DNA from: Patescibacteria group bacterium
GTDB lineage: Bacteria > Patescibacteriota > Minisyncoccia > Phycocordibacterales > SBAW01
Reading direction: 5' to 3'
DNA length: 64,000 bases
NCBI GenBank assembly: GCA_016176685.1
Contig: JACOWS010000002.1
Coordinates: 30,608 to 94,607 of the forward strand
Both the position numbers and the translations under genes were made by a program. The notes below the pieces were generated by a model. That model ran no database searches. It was not told where the DNA came from and saw only the letters and a list, made by a program, of their open reading frames with translations. Below, one piece after another: positions 29,133-38,868 of this stretch (the first letter of the stretch is position 1; each line of letters opens with the position of its first letter).

Positions 29133-29789
29133 CTAATTGCCGGTTTCCTGGTTATCGGTAGAGCTTGCAGTAGTGGTTGGTGTTATGGTTGCTCCATTTG
29201 GCATCACCTCTTCTATAGGGAACTCTGTGGCGGAAGTGCCCTCTGTTGATGTGGGGAAGAAGATGCTTCTTACCGCTTCCGTGCCGCCAACTAATTGAGG
29301 GTAAAACCAATAGGCCAGACCTCCCAGACACAAGAGTATCACCAGCACAAAGATAAACAGCCAGGGAACCCGACTTTTGGTTAGTGGCGGGAATATGGCA
29401 GAGGTGCGCGCCGTGCTTGGAGAGACAGGCCCTGTGTCTATTTCCAACCGCGGCATAGTCGACAGTGGAGTTAAATGCACGGACGGTTGTTGCACGGTGA
29501 CAACCGGCTCTTGTGAGCCGCTCTGTGCCATGCGCGCGGCCTCGCCTATGCCGATTGAGACAGTCGGCCGTATTGTTGCAGGAGCTGGTGCCTTTGGCGC
29601 CATAGATGGTTTAGGAGCCATAGGGACCGGCGGTGCTGGAGGTTTTACTACGCCGTCGATAGCATCAAAGGCCTCTTTTGCATCTTGCTCGCTCCACCCG
29701 CCGGTGGCAAGCGCCTTTTTAATAGCATCACGCGAGGCGCCCGCCTTGAGTTGCCCGCGTATGTAAGAAAGTAGCTCTTCGTTAATCAT
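29133..29789 (-). CDS. Pro/Thr-rich single-pass membrane protein
   Basis: LLSYIR..L..G....I...L..GGW N-terminal motif, Pro-rich linker, TM helix. Confidence 0.7.
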   Translation of the reverse strand: MINEELLSYIRGQLKAGASRDAIKKALATGGWSEQDAKEAFDAIDGVVKPPAPPVPMAPKPSMAPKAPAPATIRPTVSIGIGEAARMAQSGSQEPVVTVQQPSVHLTPLSTMPRLEIDTGPVSPSTARTSAIFPPLTKSRVPWLFIFVLVILLCLGGLAYWFYPQLVGGTEAVRSIFFPTSTEGTSATEFPIEEVMPNGATITPTTTASSTDNQETGN

Positions 29790-29821
29790 ACTTATTGAAT
29801 TATACCACTATTGTACCACTC

Positions 29822-29894
29822 GCTGACAAGGCAAAAAAAGAGAGTAAGACTTGGCCTAGCGGCCCGGAGCGCTCTCTTTTTTTGCCTTGTCAGC
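29822..29894 (+). repeat. Palindromic element family 1, copy D (perfect 23-bp arms); contains the oxidoreductase stop codon
   Basis: gctgacaaggcaaaaaaagagag / TAAGACTTGGCCTAGCGGCCCGGAGCG / ctctctttttttgccttgtcagc. Confidence 0.95.
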
Positions 29895-31631
29895 TGTGGT
29901 AACCGGCAAATCCAGGTGTGCAAACGCGTCGGAAAAGGTCGTCCCCACCTTTTTTCCTGGGTTAAAGATATTTTGCGGGTCAAATATTGACTTTACTTCG
30001 TGGAAGAGTGCAAACATCTCCTTTCCAAACATCTTTTCCACATAGGGCGTGCGGACTAGCCCGTCGTTATGCTCGCCGGTGATAGAGCCGTGGTAGGAAA
30101 GCACCAGGTCGTACACTTTGTGAGAAAGTTCGTCCAGTACCTTTCGCACACCGGGGTCCCGCGGGTCGACCAGAGGAATAATATGAAAGTTGCCGTCGCC
30201 CACATGGCCCGCAACCGTGTAGGTAAGCTTGTAGCGCGAGAGTATCTTTTCAAGTTTCGGCAAAAATTCAACAAGCGACGACGGGGGCACCACAAAGTCG
30301 TCTATAAAAGGGGCGGTGCGGCGGCCGACCACTTTTTTACGCAAGAGGTTAAAACTCTCGCGCCGCACCACCCAGTATTTGCGTGCGGCTCGCTTTGTCT
30401 TTGCAACGCGCACTTTCAGGTGTGTGCGGTTCTGCCTCACCTCCTGTGCAAGAGCTTGGGCTTTTCCTGTTGCCTCTTTTTGGGTCTCGGCACGGAACTC
30501 TACCAAAAGCACCAGCTTGGGCACCCCGCCGGAGAGCACCATCCACACTTCCGGCAAAAATGAGAGCCCCAGTTTAACCAGACCAACTATTCCGCCCAAG
30601 GCGAATTGGCCTTGGGCCGACATTTGTTGGGCAAACTCAAAGAAGTACTTGGTTGCCAGAGTAAACGTATGGTCGTCGTACGACTCAAAGCTGTCCGGCT
30701 CGTGCTTTAAAACCTCCGGCACCACCTCGCCAAGTTCGGACAGCGAGCGGAGGAAAATGACGGTCATCGCGGCATAGGGTTTGGGGCGCACCAGAGTGAA
30801 CCATATTTTTGTGATGATGCCGAGCGTACCCTGGGCTCCCACCATAAGGCGCGCCAAGTTAAGCGAGGGAGTACCGCCTGCCCGGCCTTCCGACGGATCG
30901 CCCACCTCCCACAGCGCATAGCCGGAGGAATTTTTTTCAACCTTTGGTTTGTGCTCCGCTATCACCTTGCGGTGCAGGGGGGTGCTTATCAGTGCGCGGA
31001 CACGGCGGTACACGCTACCTTCCCACGAGTCTTCGGCAAGTTTTTGCTGTAACTCCTCCCCTTCCAGTTTTTTAAAGTGATGTACCGCTCCGTCGGCGCA
31101 CACGACGTCGAGCTTTTCTACATACCGGGCAGTTTTGCCGTATTTTAAGTTCTTTTCCCCGCCGGAGTCGTTGGCAACCATGCCGCCTACGGCGTTGAGC
31201 TCGCGGCTGGCGGTATAGCTTGGGAGTTCCAGCCCCTTCTTCTTCGTCTCTTTGTCAAAGTCGCGGAAAAACATCCCCGGCTCTGCCACCGCATGGCCTG
31301 CCACTCCCGCGGCGCCGGGGATAGCATCAAGCTCCAGCAGGCGGTGTAGGTGTTTAGTGACGTCCAGGACTATAGAGTCGCCCAAGGGGCCTCCACCCAT
31401 GTCTGTACCCGCCGCGCGCGGGGTAATGGAGAGGTGCGTCTTGGGGACCTTTTTCTTTTCGTCTACAAAGCGCACTGCGGCGCAGATATCCTCCGCGTCT
31501 TTTGGATACACTACAACCTGCGGCCGCACGGCAAACAAGCTCGCGTCGCGACTGTAATGCGCCAAGGTCTCTGGCGAGTCATCCACCTCGCCGCGCAGTA
31601 TTTTACGCAGTTCTTCCCCCAAACTGCTCAT
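29856..31631 (-). CDS. FAD-binding oxidoreductase (GlcD/D-lactate dehydrogenase-like)
   Basis: PRAAGT, GAQGTLG, GHVGDGNFH, GEHNDG, NPGK; no Fe-S extension. Confidence 0.88.
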   Translation of the reverse strand: MSSLGEELRKILRGEVDDSPETLAHYSRDASLFAVRPQVVVYPKDAEDICAAVRFVDEKKKVPKTHLSITPRAAGTDMGGGPLGDSIVLDVTKHLHRLLELDAIPGAAGVAGHAVAEPGMFFRDFDKETKKKGLELPSYTASRELNAVGGMVANDSGGEKNLKYGKTARYVEKLDVVCADGAVHHFKKLEGEELQQKLAEDSWEGSVYRRVRALISTPLHRKVIAEHKPKVEKNSSGYALWEVGDPSEGRAGGTPSLNLARLMVGAQGTLGIITKIWFTLVRPKPYAAMTVIFLRSLSELGEVVPEVLKHEPDSFESYDDHTFTLATKYFFEFAQQMSAQGQFALGGIVGLVKLGLSFLPEVWMVLSGGVPKLVLLVEFRAETQKEATGKAQALAQEVRQNRTHLKVRVAKTKRAARKYWVVRRESFNLLRKKVVGRRTAPFIDDFVVPPSSLVEFLPKLEKILSRYKLTYTVAGHVGDGNFHIIPLVDPRDPGVRKVLDELSHKVYDLVLSYHGSITGEHNDGLVRTPYVEKMFGKEMFALFHEVKSIFDPQNIFNPGKKVGTTFSDAFAHLDLPVTTADKAKKESAPGR

Positions 31632-31636
31632 GAGTA

Positions 31637-32191
31637 TTATTCTACCGTGTCAACATCTGCACCCATCAAGGACTCTATGTCTAGAAAGTCTACGCCATCC
31701 GGGAGCACAAAAATGCCCGCATCGGCCGCCCACGGCTCGCACGAGTAGTCGGCCAGTGCGTTTGGGTCAACTGCACTTTGCCCGCCTTCCTGCCCCGCCG
31801 TCATGGCGTCAAACGACATCATCATCCCTTGCGGGTAATTATCGGTCCATACATAACTGGTGTTGTCCGTAACCAAGAGGTGGCTCATCACCGACTGCCC
31901 GCCCGCCGCAGAGGTAAAGTCGCCGCGCATTTGCCCATCCGCAACGTAGACTGTCCCTGACGACTCGGAGTCGTCGGTTACACTAGAAAAGGCGCATTTT
32001 TGCGAACCGCCCTCTGTCAAAAGGTCTTTGAGCGACATTTGGGTGCCTGCATTGCCTGCGGCCGCAGGGCCGCCAGGCGCGCCGCCAAGGTATGCCCACG
32101 CTCCGGCAAGCACCAGCACCACCGCTACCGCCCCAAGCCCGTACCATACTGTCCCGCCCATTGCGCCTCCCGAACCGTTTTCTGTTTCCAT
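31637..32191 (-). CDS. Membrane-anchored hypothetical protein
   Basis: N-terminal TM; SQKC..F, GTVYV..G.MRGDF, YSC.PW. Confidence 0.7.
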   Translation of the reverse strand: METENGSGGAMGGTVWYGLGAVAVVLVLAGAWAYLGGAPGGPAAAGNAGTQMSLKDLLTEGGSQKCAFSSVTDDSESSGTVYVADGQMRGDFTSAAGGQSVMSHLLVTDNTSYVWTDNYPQGMMMSFDAMTAGQEGGQSAVDPNALADYSCEPWAADAGIFVLPDGVDFLDIESLMGADVDTVE

Positions 32192-32258
32192 ATACATTAT
32201 AAAAATCACCTGGTAAATTGCGCACAATTTATACGTCTCATAAAAGTATACCACCTTG

Positions 32259-32900
32259 CTACCCCTTTTTGTCGAGAACAAACCGCCACGGCTTGTTTAC
32301 ATACTCACCCGCGGAGTCAATGCCGATGCGCGGGGTGCATCGCACTTGACCACGCCCTACCTCTACTCCTCTGTCCTCAACCCACAGGCCGGTCTTTTTG
32401 CCGAGCGGTTTGTTGTTTAGCTTTTTGTCTACCTGCAAAAACTTGGTGAGTTTTGCCGGACCGTCAAGGCGCACGCCAACAGGGCGAAAAAAGAGGGCGC
32501 TCCGGGCCGCTAGGCCAAGTCCTACCCTCTTTTTTCGCCCTGTTGGCGGCAGCTCACCGTGTGACAAGATTCGACTTTGCCATTGCGGTTCAAGGCCGCG
32601 TATCAGAACAGCCGCAGGATATCTTTCTTTCCCGCACACCAGGTTAAGCATCCAGTGCATGCCGTAGGTAAAGTACACGTACACCACTCCGGGGCGGCCA
32701 AACATCGGCGTGTTGCGAGCGGTTTGCCCGCGGTGGGCATGGCTGGCTTTGTCTCTTGGGCCGTCGTACGCTTCGGTCTCAACAATCATAAGTGCTACTT
32801 CACTGCCCCGTACCCTGCGCACTAAAAATTTTCCCACAAGTTCCCGCGCCACGGTAAGTGTTGGCCGGTCAAAAAACGCCGCTTGTAGAACTTTGCGCAT
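32259..32900 (-). CDS. mpg: DNA-3-methyladenine glycosylase (AAG/MPG family)
   Basis: IVETEAY, YVYFTYGMHW, AVLIR, GPAKL, PRIGI, PWRF; carries an in-frame hairpin insertion. Confidence 0.92.
   Translation of the reverse strand: MRKVLQAAFFDRPTLTVARELVGKFLVRRVRGSEVALMIVETEAYDGPRDKASHAHRGQTARNTPMFGRPGVVYVYFTYGMHWMLNLVCGKERYPAAVLIRGLEPQWQSRILSHGELPPTGRKKRVGLGLAARSALFFRPVGVRLDGPAKLTKFLQVDKKLNNKPLGKKTGLWVEDRGVEVGRGQVRCTPRIGIDSAGEYVNKPWRFVLDKKG
32474..32548 (-). repeat. Palindromic element family 1, copy E (perfect 24-bp arms; 75 nt in frame within mpg)
   Basis: Loop TAGGACTTGGCCTAGCGGCCCGGAGCG on the minus strand; encodes PPTGRKKRVGLGLAARSALFFRPVG. Confidence 0.95.
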
Positions 32901-32968
32901 AGGTTGCATGATACGCAACATCGGCCTACCATGCGAGCAGGAGAACCTATAACCAATGGAGGTGGGCT

Positions 32969-33241
32969 ATGAAAACTTTATTAGTTGCTCTGGCGTGTCT
33001 CATGGTGCTTGCCCCGGTAGCACAGGCCAACGTAGACCCGCGCGGAGGAGCAGCGGAGGCATACATGCCTTATGAGAACAATGCTGACACCATAATCATC
33101 CCCGGCAAGTGCGCCGAGATTTTGGTGCAGCCAGCGGCCGTGTGGATTCTTATCTTCCTCGCAAGCGGCGGCAAGGAAGAAAATCTGCCCGACCTCGGCC
33201 ACTACCTGCGCGAGACGCTCCTGTGTATCGGGAGGCAGTAG
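32969..33241 (+). CDS. Small secreted hypothetical protein
   Basis: SD GGAGGT; signal peptide ending AQA. Confidence 0.6.
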   Translation: MKTLLVALACLMVLAPVAQANVDPRGGAAEAYMPYENNADTIIIPGKCAEILVQPAAVWILIFLASGGKEENLPDLGHYLRETLLCIGRQ

Positions 33242-33313
33242 TGTTATGAATCGAAAACAAACAGCGCGGACGATGAGCCACAAAATCTCGTCCGCGCTTC
33301 CATTTTTTAAAAC

Positions 33314-33388
33314 TGGTGACCCCTACGGGATTCGAACCCGTATTTGCGCCGTGAGAGGGCGCCGTCCTAACCATTAGACGAAAGGGCC
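33314..33388 (-). tRNA. tRNA-Glu(CTC), CCA encoded
   Basis: GGCCCTT/AGGGGTC acceptor, GCGCC-CTCTCAC-GGCGC, ACGGG-TTCGAAT-CCCGT, ACCA. Confidence 0.95.
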
Positions 33389-33516
33389 TCGCCCGTAAGA
33401 TGGGGCTACGGCCAAGGGCCGTTGCAATACAATAAAATAAAAATAGATAAAAAGAAAGAGCGCCCCGGAAGTCACGGAGCGCCCCAACACAACTAACTAA
33501 AAGCCAAAAACGCTGG

Positions 33517-33777
33517 TCAGGTGACTCGGCCCCTTAACAATGACGAGGGGCACGTACATTCTTCGTGAGTCGGGAGAATCTCAATGACGAGCATATTCTT
33601 CTCCCATCCCAGAAATTTGCCCTTGAATTGGCCGATTTCCGGGGACTCAAAACTCAAGATTGCCCCTTTTGGGAGGTTCTTCTTGAGTCGCTTGATTCGC
33701 TGCGACTCTCGTTTCCTGTTTAAGGAAACGATTTTGGACTCATCCACCACTTTTCGAGCAATCCAGCTTTTGGTCAC
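33517..33777 (-). CDS. Hypothetical protein
   Basis: SD AGGAGG before GTG; 86 aa. Confidence 0.55.
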   Translation of the reverse strand: MTKSWIARKVVDESKIVSLNRKRESQRIKRLKKNLPKGAILSFESPEIGQFKGKFLGWEKNMLVIEILPTHEECTCPSSLLRGRVT

Positions 33778-33859
33778 AATAGTTCCCTCCTAAATTATTT
33801 AGTTGTGGGTGCCGTCCCAAGTTACTATACCAGACTATACGAAAAAAGGAAGGGTTTGC

Positions 33860-35155
33860 CTACCGCCGCTTCCACTCCGGGTCCTGGCGCACCAAGAGTT
33901 CCGCCGCGCGCTCGGGCTCTGCCATTATCTCTTCCACCGCACGCTCCATGCGCGCGCTCTGCGAGCCCTTTACCAGCACCACGTCGCCCCGTTTTAGCAT
34001 CACCTCCAGCTCTTTACCGGCGCGGCGCGCGTCTTCATATTGAAAAATGTTTGCATCCAGCATCCCAGCGTCGAGCGCCCCCTGTGCCATGTCGCGGGCG
34101 CGGAAGCCCACGGTGAAAAGCAGGTCGCCTGTTTTTGCGGCTAGCGCCCCTGCCTTGCGATGCTCTTCCACCGAGTGGCGGCCAAGCTCCAGCATGTCTC
34201 CCAAAACAGCGACGCGTCTGCCCTTTACGGGCAGGTGCTTAAGCGTTTCCAGAGCCGCCTCTACCGCCGCGGGGGATGAGTTATAGGTGTCGTCTATAAT
34301 AAGCGTCTCCTTAAGCCCAAGGACAAGTCGCATGCGCCCCTGCGGGGGCTCGTAGGCGCCGAGCGCCTTAACCACCTCTTCCAAACCGTGTCCAAGCGCC
34401 TTGCCCACCGCGGCTGCGGCCAAAAAAGGCTGCAGGGCATGCGTGCCAACCGCGCCTCTAACTATAAACGGCGCCGACTCTTCACCGCACACCACCCTTC
34501 CCTGCATACCAAGGGGCTCCCCATCCTCGCCCAAATGCACTGCCACTGCTTCGGCGCGCACCTCTGCATTTTTTGAAAGGCCGAAGGTTATAACGCTCTT
34601 TCCTTGTGCACGAGCGCGCAAAACTGCTACCTTTTCGTCGTCACCATAAAGTACCAGGGTGCCGCCTTGTTTGAGCGAGCTTATAAGCGATGCCTTTTCT
34701 TCCACCACTTCCCTTGGCGAGTCAAAATACTCCACATGCACCGGTACCTCCGGCAGCCGGGTGATAACCACCACGTCAACCGGCAGCCACTTTGCCACAC
34801 GCTTAACATCGCCCGGGCGGTCCGCCCCCACTTCGAGCACCAGCCACCTGGGGTAGCGCGCCTTAAGCAACAGCAAAAAAAGTCCGTCCAGTAAATTTTG
34901 TGCCCAACGCAGCGGGTTTTGCCAAGCATTTGGCACGCCAAGTATAGTGAGCGGCAGACCCACCTCGCTGTTAAAGCTTTTTTCACTGCGGCGCACGTAT
35001 GTACTCGCCGCCAACACCGCATATATCGCGTCCTTGGTTGAGGTCTTGCCGACGCTGCCGGTGACCGCCACAATGTGGGGATGATATTTTTTTACCACCC
35101 CGCGCGCCTCAAGCGTCAAGAGTGTCACCAATATTTTTTTAAGTAGCGTCCACAT
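33860..35155 (-). CDS. murF: UDP-MurNAc-tripeptide:D-Ala-D-Ala ligase
   Basis: TGSVGKT, DDTYNSSP, LGDMLELG, VKGS. Confidence 0.94.
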   Translation of the reverse strand: MWTLLKKILVTLLTLEARGVVKKYHPHIVAVTGSVGKTSTKDAIYAVLAASTYVRRSEKSFNSEVGLPLTILGVPNAWQNPLRWAQNLLDGLFLLLLKARYPRWLVLEVGADRPGDVKRVAKWLPVDVVVITRLPEVPVHVEYFDSPREVVEEKASLISSLKQGGTLVLYGDDEKVAVLRARAQGKSVITFGLSKNAEVRAEAVAVHLGEDGEPLGMQGRVVCGEESAPFIVRGAVGTHALQPFLAAAAVGKALGHGLEEVVKALGAYEPPQGRMRLVLGLKETLIIDDTYNSSPAAVEAALETLKHLPVKGRRVAVLGDMLELGRHSVEEHRKAGALAAKTGDLLFTVGFRARDMAQGALDAGMLDANIFQYEDARRAGKELEVMLKRGDVVLVKGSQSARMERAVEEIMAEPERAAELLVRQDPEWKRR

Positions 35156-35160
35156 AAGGG

Positions 35161-36882
35161 CTAGCGGTCCGGCGGTATGTCGTAGTAGCTGATAAGAAAT
35201 TGCGTGAGCGAGTGGAACGGCAATGCCCATGTTTGCGAGGAATAGGAAGCGCCCTGTGGCTCCAACGCAAACAAAAAGACTATAAACCTCGCGTCATACG
35301 AAGGGAAGTATCCAAAAAAGCTGTGCAAGAACCTGTCTGTATAGTAGCCGCCGCCCCCGGGGTTGGCAATCTGGGCGGTACCGGTTTTTGCCGCAACACT
35401 ATGGCGCTCAATTTTTATTTTGCCGTCTACCAAAGCGGTATCCACCACCTTGGTGAGCATGCGGCTCACCGCAAGCGCCGAGCCGGGCAAGAGCGCCTGC
35501 GAGCTGCCGGCCCACGAGAGCGTCCGGGTAATGCCCGAGTCGTATCGCACCGCGCGTACAAAGTGCGGCGGTACCAGCTTCCCGCCGTTTGCCAGCGCCG
35601 CGAGTGCTTGCACCATGGCGATTGGGGTGACGGCTATCCCCTGGCCAAACGATGCGGTGTCAAATTCTACCTGCCTCGAGCTTTTGGCTATGTTGTCTAC
35701 CAACCCGCGTGCCTCACTGGGGAGGTCAATGCCGGTTTCCTCGCCAAACTTGTAGCGATTTAAAAAGTAATCGCGCATCACCGCGGGGCCCATCTCTGTT
35801 GCCACGTAGGAGGCACCGAGGTTGAGAGACTGGCTTAAAATTTCTTGCATGGGCACCTCCCCGCGTGCACGCAGGTCGTAGTTGCATATTTTTTTCGTGT
35901 CGACCGTGATGCATCCTGTGTCTTTATAGGTGCTCTCCGGCGTTATAACACCGGCGTCGATACCCGCGGCGAGAGTCAGCGGCTTCATAATGGAGCCCAT
36001 TTCAAACACGTCCTCAACCATGGCGTTTTTAAAAATAAACGGGTCCTTCTGTGCACCAAATGCGTTGAGGTCAAAGGTCGGGTTTATCGCCATGGCGTAT
36101 ATATCACCCGTTTGCGGGTCCATAATAATGCCGCCGGCAAGGCGCGGGTGCCAATTATCTGCATAGGCGACGAGAGCGCGCTCAAGCTCCGCCTGTACGG
36201 ACGGCTCTATGGTGGTCAAGAGGTCGCCGGTTTGAGGAGCTCCATTAAAAACCGCCTGCGCTGCGCCGAAAAGTTGTACAAAAAAGTTCGTATATAGGTC
36301 CTTGTCTTGGCGCGCCAGCGTCTGCTCAAAGTACCGCTCGAGCCCGTAGCGGCCTTCAAGCACATTGCCGTCGTTGTACGCAACAAACCCGAGCTCCTGC
36401 GCCGCCAAAGACCCGCCCGGGTAAAAACGCCACTGGTTTTTAGAGAGTATAACGCCGGGCAGTGAGAGCTTTTGTATAATTTCGGCGGTTTGTACATCCA
36501 AACGCTCTACCACCATTTGATACAAGCTCCCCTCCTTGGTCGCACGGGCTATGAAGTCGTCGTGGGAAAGCTCCGCCACTAGGGGACTAAGCGCAAGGTA
36601 AAGCGACTCCCCGTCCGCCACCTTGGATGGGTTTATCGCGAGCGTAAAGCCCTGGGTGAGGGTCGCCGCGGTTATGAGCGTGCCATTTTTGTCGGTAAAG
36701 TAGATGTTGTCACGTAGAAGGAGCGGGGATGCCGGCGGCGCAAATTGCGCGTCCGCGCGCGTAATGTACATATCTGCGCGCACCACCTGCAGCAGGTACA
36801 GTCGACCGACGATAACCATGCTTAAAAGCGCAAAGAGTGCGGTTACCAATCTAACGCGGCCGACAAAGAGGGCCTTGGTCAT
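35161..36882 (-). CDS. ftsI: Class B penicillin-binding protein (divisome PBP3)
   Basis: SIMK, SLN, KTG; position in the mraZ-rsmH-ftsL cluster. Confidence 0.88.
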   Translation of the reverse strand: MTKALFVGRVRLVTALFALLSMVIVGRLYLLQVVRADMYITRADAQFAPPASPLLLRDNIYFTDKNGTLITAATLTQGFTLAINPSKVADGESLYLALSPLVAELSHDDFIARATKEGSLYQMVVERLDVQTAEIIQKLSLPGVILSKNQWRFYPGGSLAAQELGFVAYNDGNVLEGRYGLERYFEQTLARQDKDLYTNFFVQLFGAAQAVFNGAPQTGDLLTTIEPSVQAELERALVAYADNWHPRLAGGIIMDPQTGDIYAMAINPTFDLNAFGAQKDPFIFKNAMVEDVFEMGSIMKPLTLAAGIDAGVITPESTYKDTGCITVDTKKICNYDLRARGEVPMQEILSQSLNLGASYVATEMGPAVMRDYFLNRYKFGEETGIDLPSEARGLVDNIAKSSRQVEFDTASFGQGIAVTPIAMVQALAALANGGKLVPPHFVRAVRYDSGITRTLSWAGSSQALLPGSALAVSRMLTKVVDTALVDGKIKIERHSVAAKTGTAQIANPGGGGYYTDRFLHSFFGYFPSYDARFIVFLFALEPQGASYSSQTWALPFHSLTQFLISYYDIPPDR

Positions 36883-36885
36883 GCT

Positions 36886-37206
36886 CTAGTATGGTCCACT
36901 GAGCGATAAAGAACGAGTTGCGTCCGTTGCAAACACCGTTGTAACCGCCGTAGGCGGGACAAAACCAAGCTCCTGCGCGCGCCCGGGCGTCATGGTGCGC
37001 GTAAGCGTCAAGTATTGGCTCTCCAAAATACTTAGGCGCGCATTTGTTGCGAGTATTTCAACCTCGGCATCCGCGCGCGCCGCAGTATGCATAACCGCCT
37101 CAAGTAAAAAGAATCCGTATAAAAATAGTGCGACAACCACCAACCCGGCGAGAGCCGCTATGATTTTGGAAAGGTGGTCTTGATATACTAAGGCAACGGT
37201 GTTCAT
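36886..37206 (-). CDS. ftsL: FtsL-like cell division protein
   Basis: TM plus short coiled coil, A.ELGF; between rsmH and ftsI. Confidence 0.6.
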   Translation of the reverse strand: MNTVALVYQDHLSKIIAALAGLVVVALFLYGFFLLEAVMHTAARADAEVEILATNARLSILESQYLTLTRTMTPGRAQELGFVPPTAVTTVFATDATRSLSLSGPY

Positions 37207-37213
37207 ACCATAT

Positions 37214-38230
37214 TTAGAGCGGCGATTTTTCTATACCTCGCAGCTTGGCGCTGCGCGCGGAAGGGTTTTTAACGCTCTCTTCGCGTGCCGGTGTGAGCGG
37301 TTTTTTCGACAGTAAACGACCGCCTTCTTTTACAAATCCGGCAAACAGGTGTTTGACCAGCCTATCTTCTATACTGTGGAAGGTAATAACCGCCATGCGT
37401 CCGCCCTGTGGAAGTAAGTTCCACACAGCCGTAAGCCCCGCCCCAAGCGCACCGAGCTCGTCGTTGACCGCGATGCGCAGTGCTTGAAAAGTTTTCGTCG
37501 CCGGATGTATGCGCCCGTGGCGATACATTGCCGGTACGGCGTCCTGCACCACTTCAACCAACTCCACGCTGGTCTCAAATGGTTTTCGGGATCTTCGCTC
37601 TACCACGGCGCGCGCAATCCTGCGTGCAAAACGCTCCTCGCCGTAACCAAAGAAAACGTCGGCCAGCACCTTTTCGCTCCAGGAGTTGAGAATCTGTGCC
37701 GCACTAAAGCCCGAGCGCGGGGTACTGCCATATACCATGGAAAGCGGCTCATCGTGGAGGAAGGAAAAACCCCGGCCGCTTTTGAGCTGGCCCCGGTTCC
37801 ATCCCAGGTCAAAGACCGCTTTGTCGAGCGTTTCTACCCCGGCATGTTTAAGCAGTGCGCCGACGTCGGCAAAATTGCCTTCTATAATGCTTGCCCGCTT
37901 CTTAAAGGGCGCGAGACGCTTTGCGGTCGCGGCTACTGCGGCTTGGTCCGCATCCAGCGCAATAAGTTTGCTCCCGGCGGCCGCCCGCAAAAGCGCTTCG
38001 CTGTGGCCGCCTTCCCCTGCGGTTGCATCAAACAAAAGCTCCCCTTTTTGGGGGGAAAGAAAGTCAACCACCTCGCGCACCATCACGCTCTTGTGGACAC
38101 GCTCTGACTCCTGCCCGCCCCGCGGTTCGCGGCCACTATCGCCCTCCTCTCGAGTGGAGCGAAACTGTGCACGAACCCCAAGCGCCCCAAGGCGGGGCAC
38201 GCGGCGGGCAAGAGTCAAAGAATATATCAT
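37214..38230 (-). CDS. rsmH: 16S rRNA m4C1402 methyltransferase with an N-terminal hairpin-encoded insertion
   Basis: HKSV, DATAGEGGHS, DLG, FQALRIAVNDEL, FHSIEDR, RSAKLR; nearest in-frame ATG upstream of HKSV is 38230. Confidence 0.93.
   Translation of the reverse strand: MIYSLTLARRVPRLGALGVRAQFRSTREEGDSGREPRGGQESERVHKSVMVREVVDFLSPQKGELLFDATAGEGGHSEALLRAAAGSKLIALDADQAAVAATAKRLAPFKKRASIIEGNFADVGALLKHAGVETLDKAVFDLGWNRGQLKSGRGFSFLHDEPLSMVYGSTPRSGFSAAQILNSWSEKVLADVFFGYGEERFARRIARAVVERRSRKPFETSVELVEVVQDAVPAMYRHGRIHPATKTFQALRIAVNDELGALGAGLTAVWNLLPQGGRMAVITFHSIEDRLVKHLFAGFVKEGGRLLSKKPLTPAREESVKNPSARSAKLRGIEKSPL
38102..38220 (-). repeat. ~119-nt structured palindromic insertion in the rsmH 5' region
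   Basis: ctttgactcttgcccgcc ... ggcgggcaggagtcagag terminal stem with inner helices. Confidence 0.75.
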
Positions 38231-38265
38231 ACGTAAATTTTGAATGAACCTACATTGACAAAGAA

Positions 38266-38703
38266 CTACAGCACTCCCATGTCGCCCAAGGTCTGCGCCA
38301 TCCCCTCGGCATCGTGCTCGATGCGATGCTTGTACTCCTCCCAGGTTTTGTCGCTCCATATCTCAACCCGGTCGGAAACGCCCGCAAGCACGACCCTGCT
38401 TTGCAACCCGGCAAATTCCTTCAAAAACTCCGGAATAAGGATCCGCCCCGTGCGGTCTACCTCCATCTCGACCGCACCGGAAAGGAGAAATCTGCTCATC
38501 CCCCGGGTGTTTGCCTGGCCAAACGGCAGCTCCTCAAGCTTGCCTGCTATCTCTTTCCACGTCCGCTCCGGGAACATGAAGAGGCAGGTGTCGAGTCCGC
38601 GGGTAATGACGACTTTTTTCCCTATTTCCTTGCGGAACTTCGCGGGAAGAGAGAGGCGTTTTTTGGAATCCAGCGTGTGTATATATTCTCCAATCAACAT
38701 CAT
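38266..38703 (-). CDS. mraZ: dcw cluster transcriptional regulator
   Basis: GEY.HTLDSKKRLSLPAKFR, DRTGRILIP, RVEIW. Confidence 0.96.
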   Translation of the reverse strand: MMLIGEYIHTLDSKKRLSLPAKFRKEIGKKVVITRGLDTCLFMFPERTWKEIAGKLEELPFGQANTRGMSRFLLSGAVEMEVDRTGRILIPEFLKEFAGLQSRVVLAGVSDRVEIWSDKTWEEYKHRIEHDAEGMAQTLGDMGVL

Positions 38704-38772
38704 CCCACTCTATCCCACTAATGTAGGATTGTATAGCACTTTTACCCACCTTTCCTACACACTTTATCCACA
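38703..38772 (-). promoter_or_regulatory. MraZ-box-like GTGG/GTG repeats at 10-11 nt spacing
   Basis: Minus strand atgtggataaagtgtgtaggaaaggtgggtaaaagtgctatacaat...agtgggatagagtgggatg; includes TTATCCACA at 38764. Confidence 0.7.
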
Positions 38773-38774
38773 TC

Positions 38775-38803
38775 TTGACAAATACATAATATAGGTATAT
38801 AAT
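38775..38803 (+). promoter_or_regulatory. Consensus sigma70 promoter
   Basis: TTGACA-N17-TATAAT. Confidence 0.85.
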
Positions 38804-38868
38804 TAATATTAGAAGAATCAAAAAAATAAAAAACGGGGAGGCGTTCGCCTCATCAAAGGAGTACAGAG

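Noticed and set aside
38764-38772. Replication origin at the perfect DnaA box near mraZ
   Set aside because: A single box embedded in MraZ-box-like repeats; no box cluster or dnaA gene nearby.
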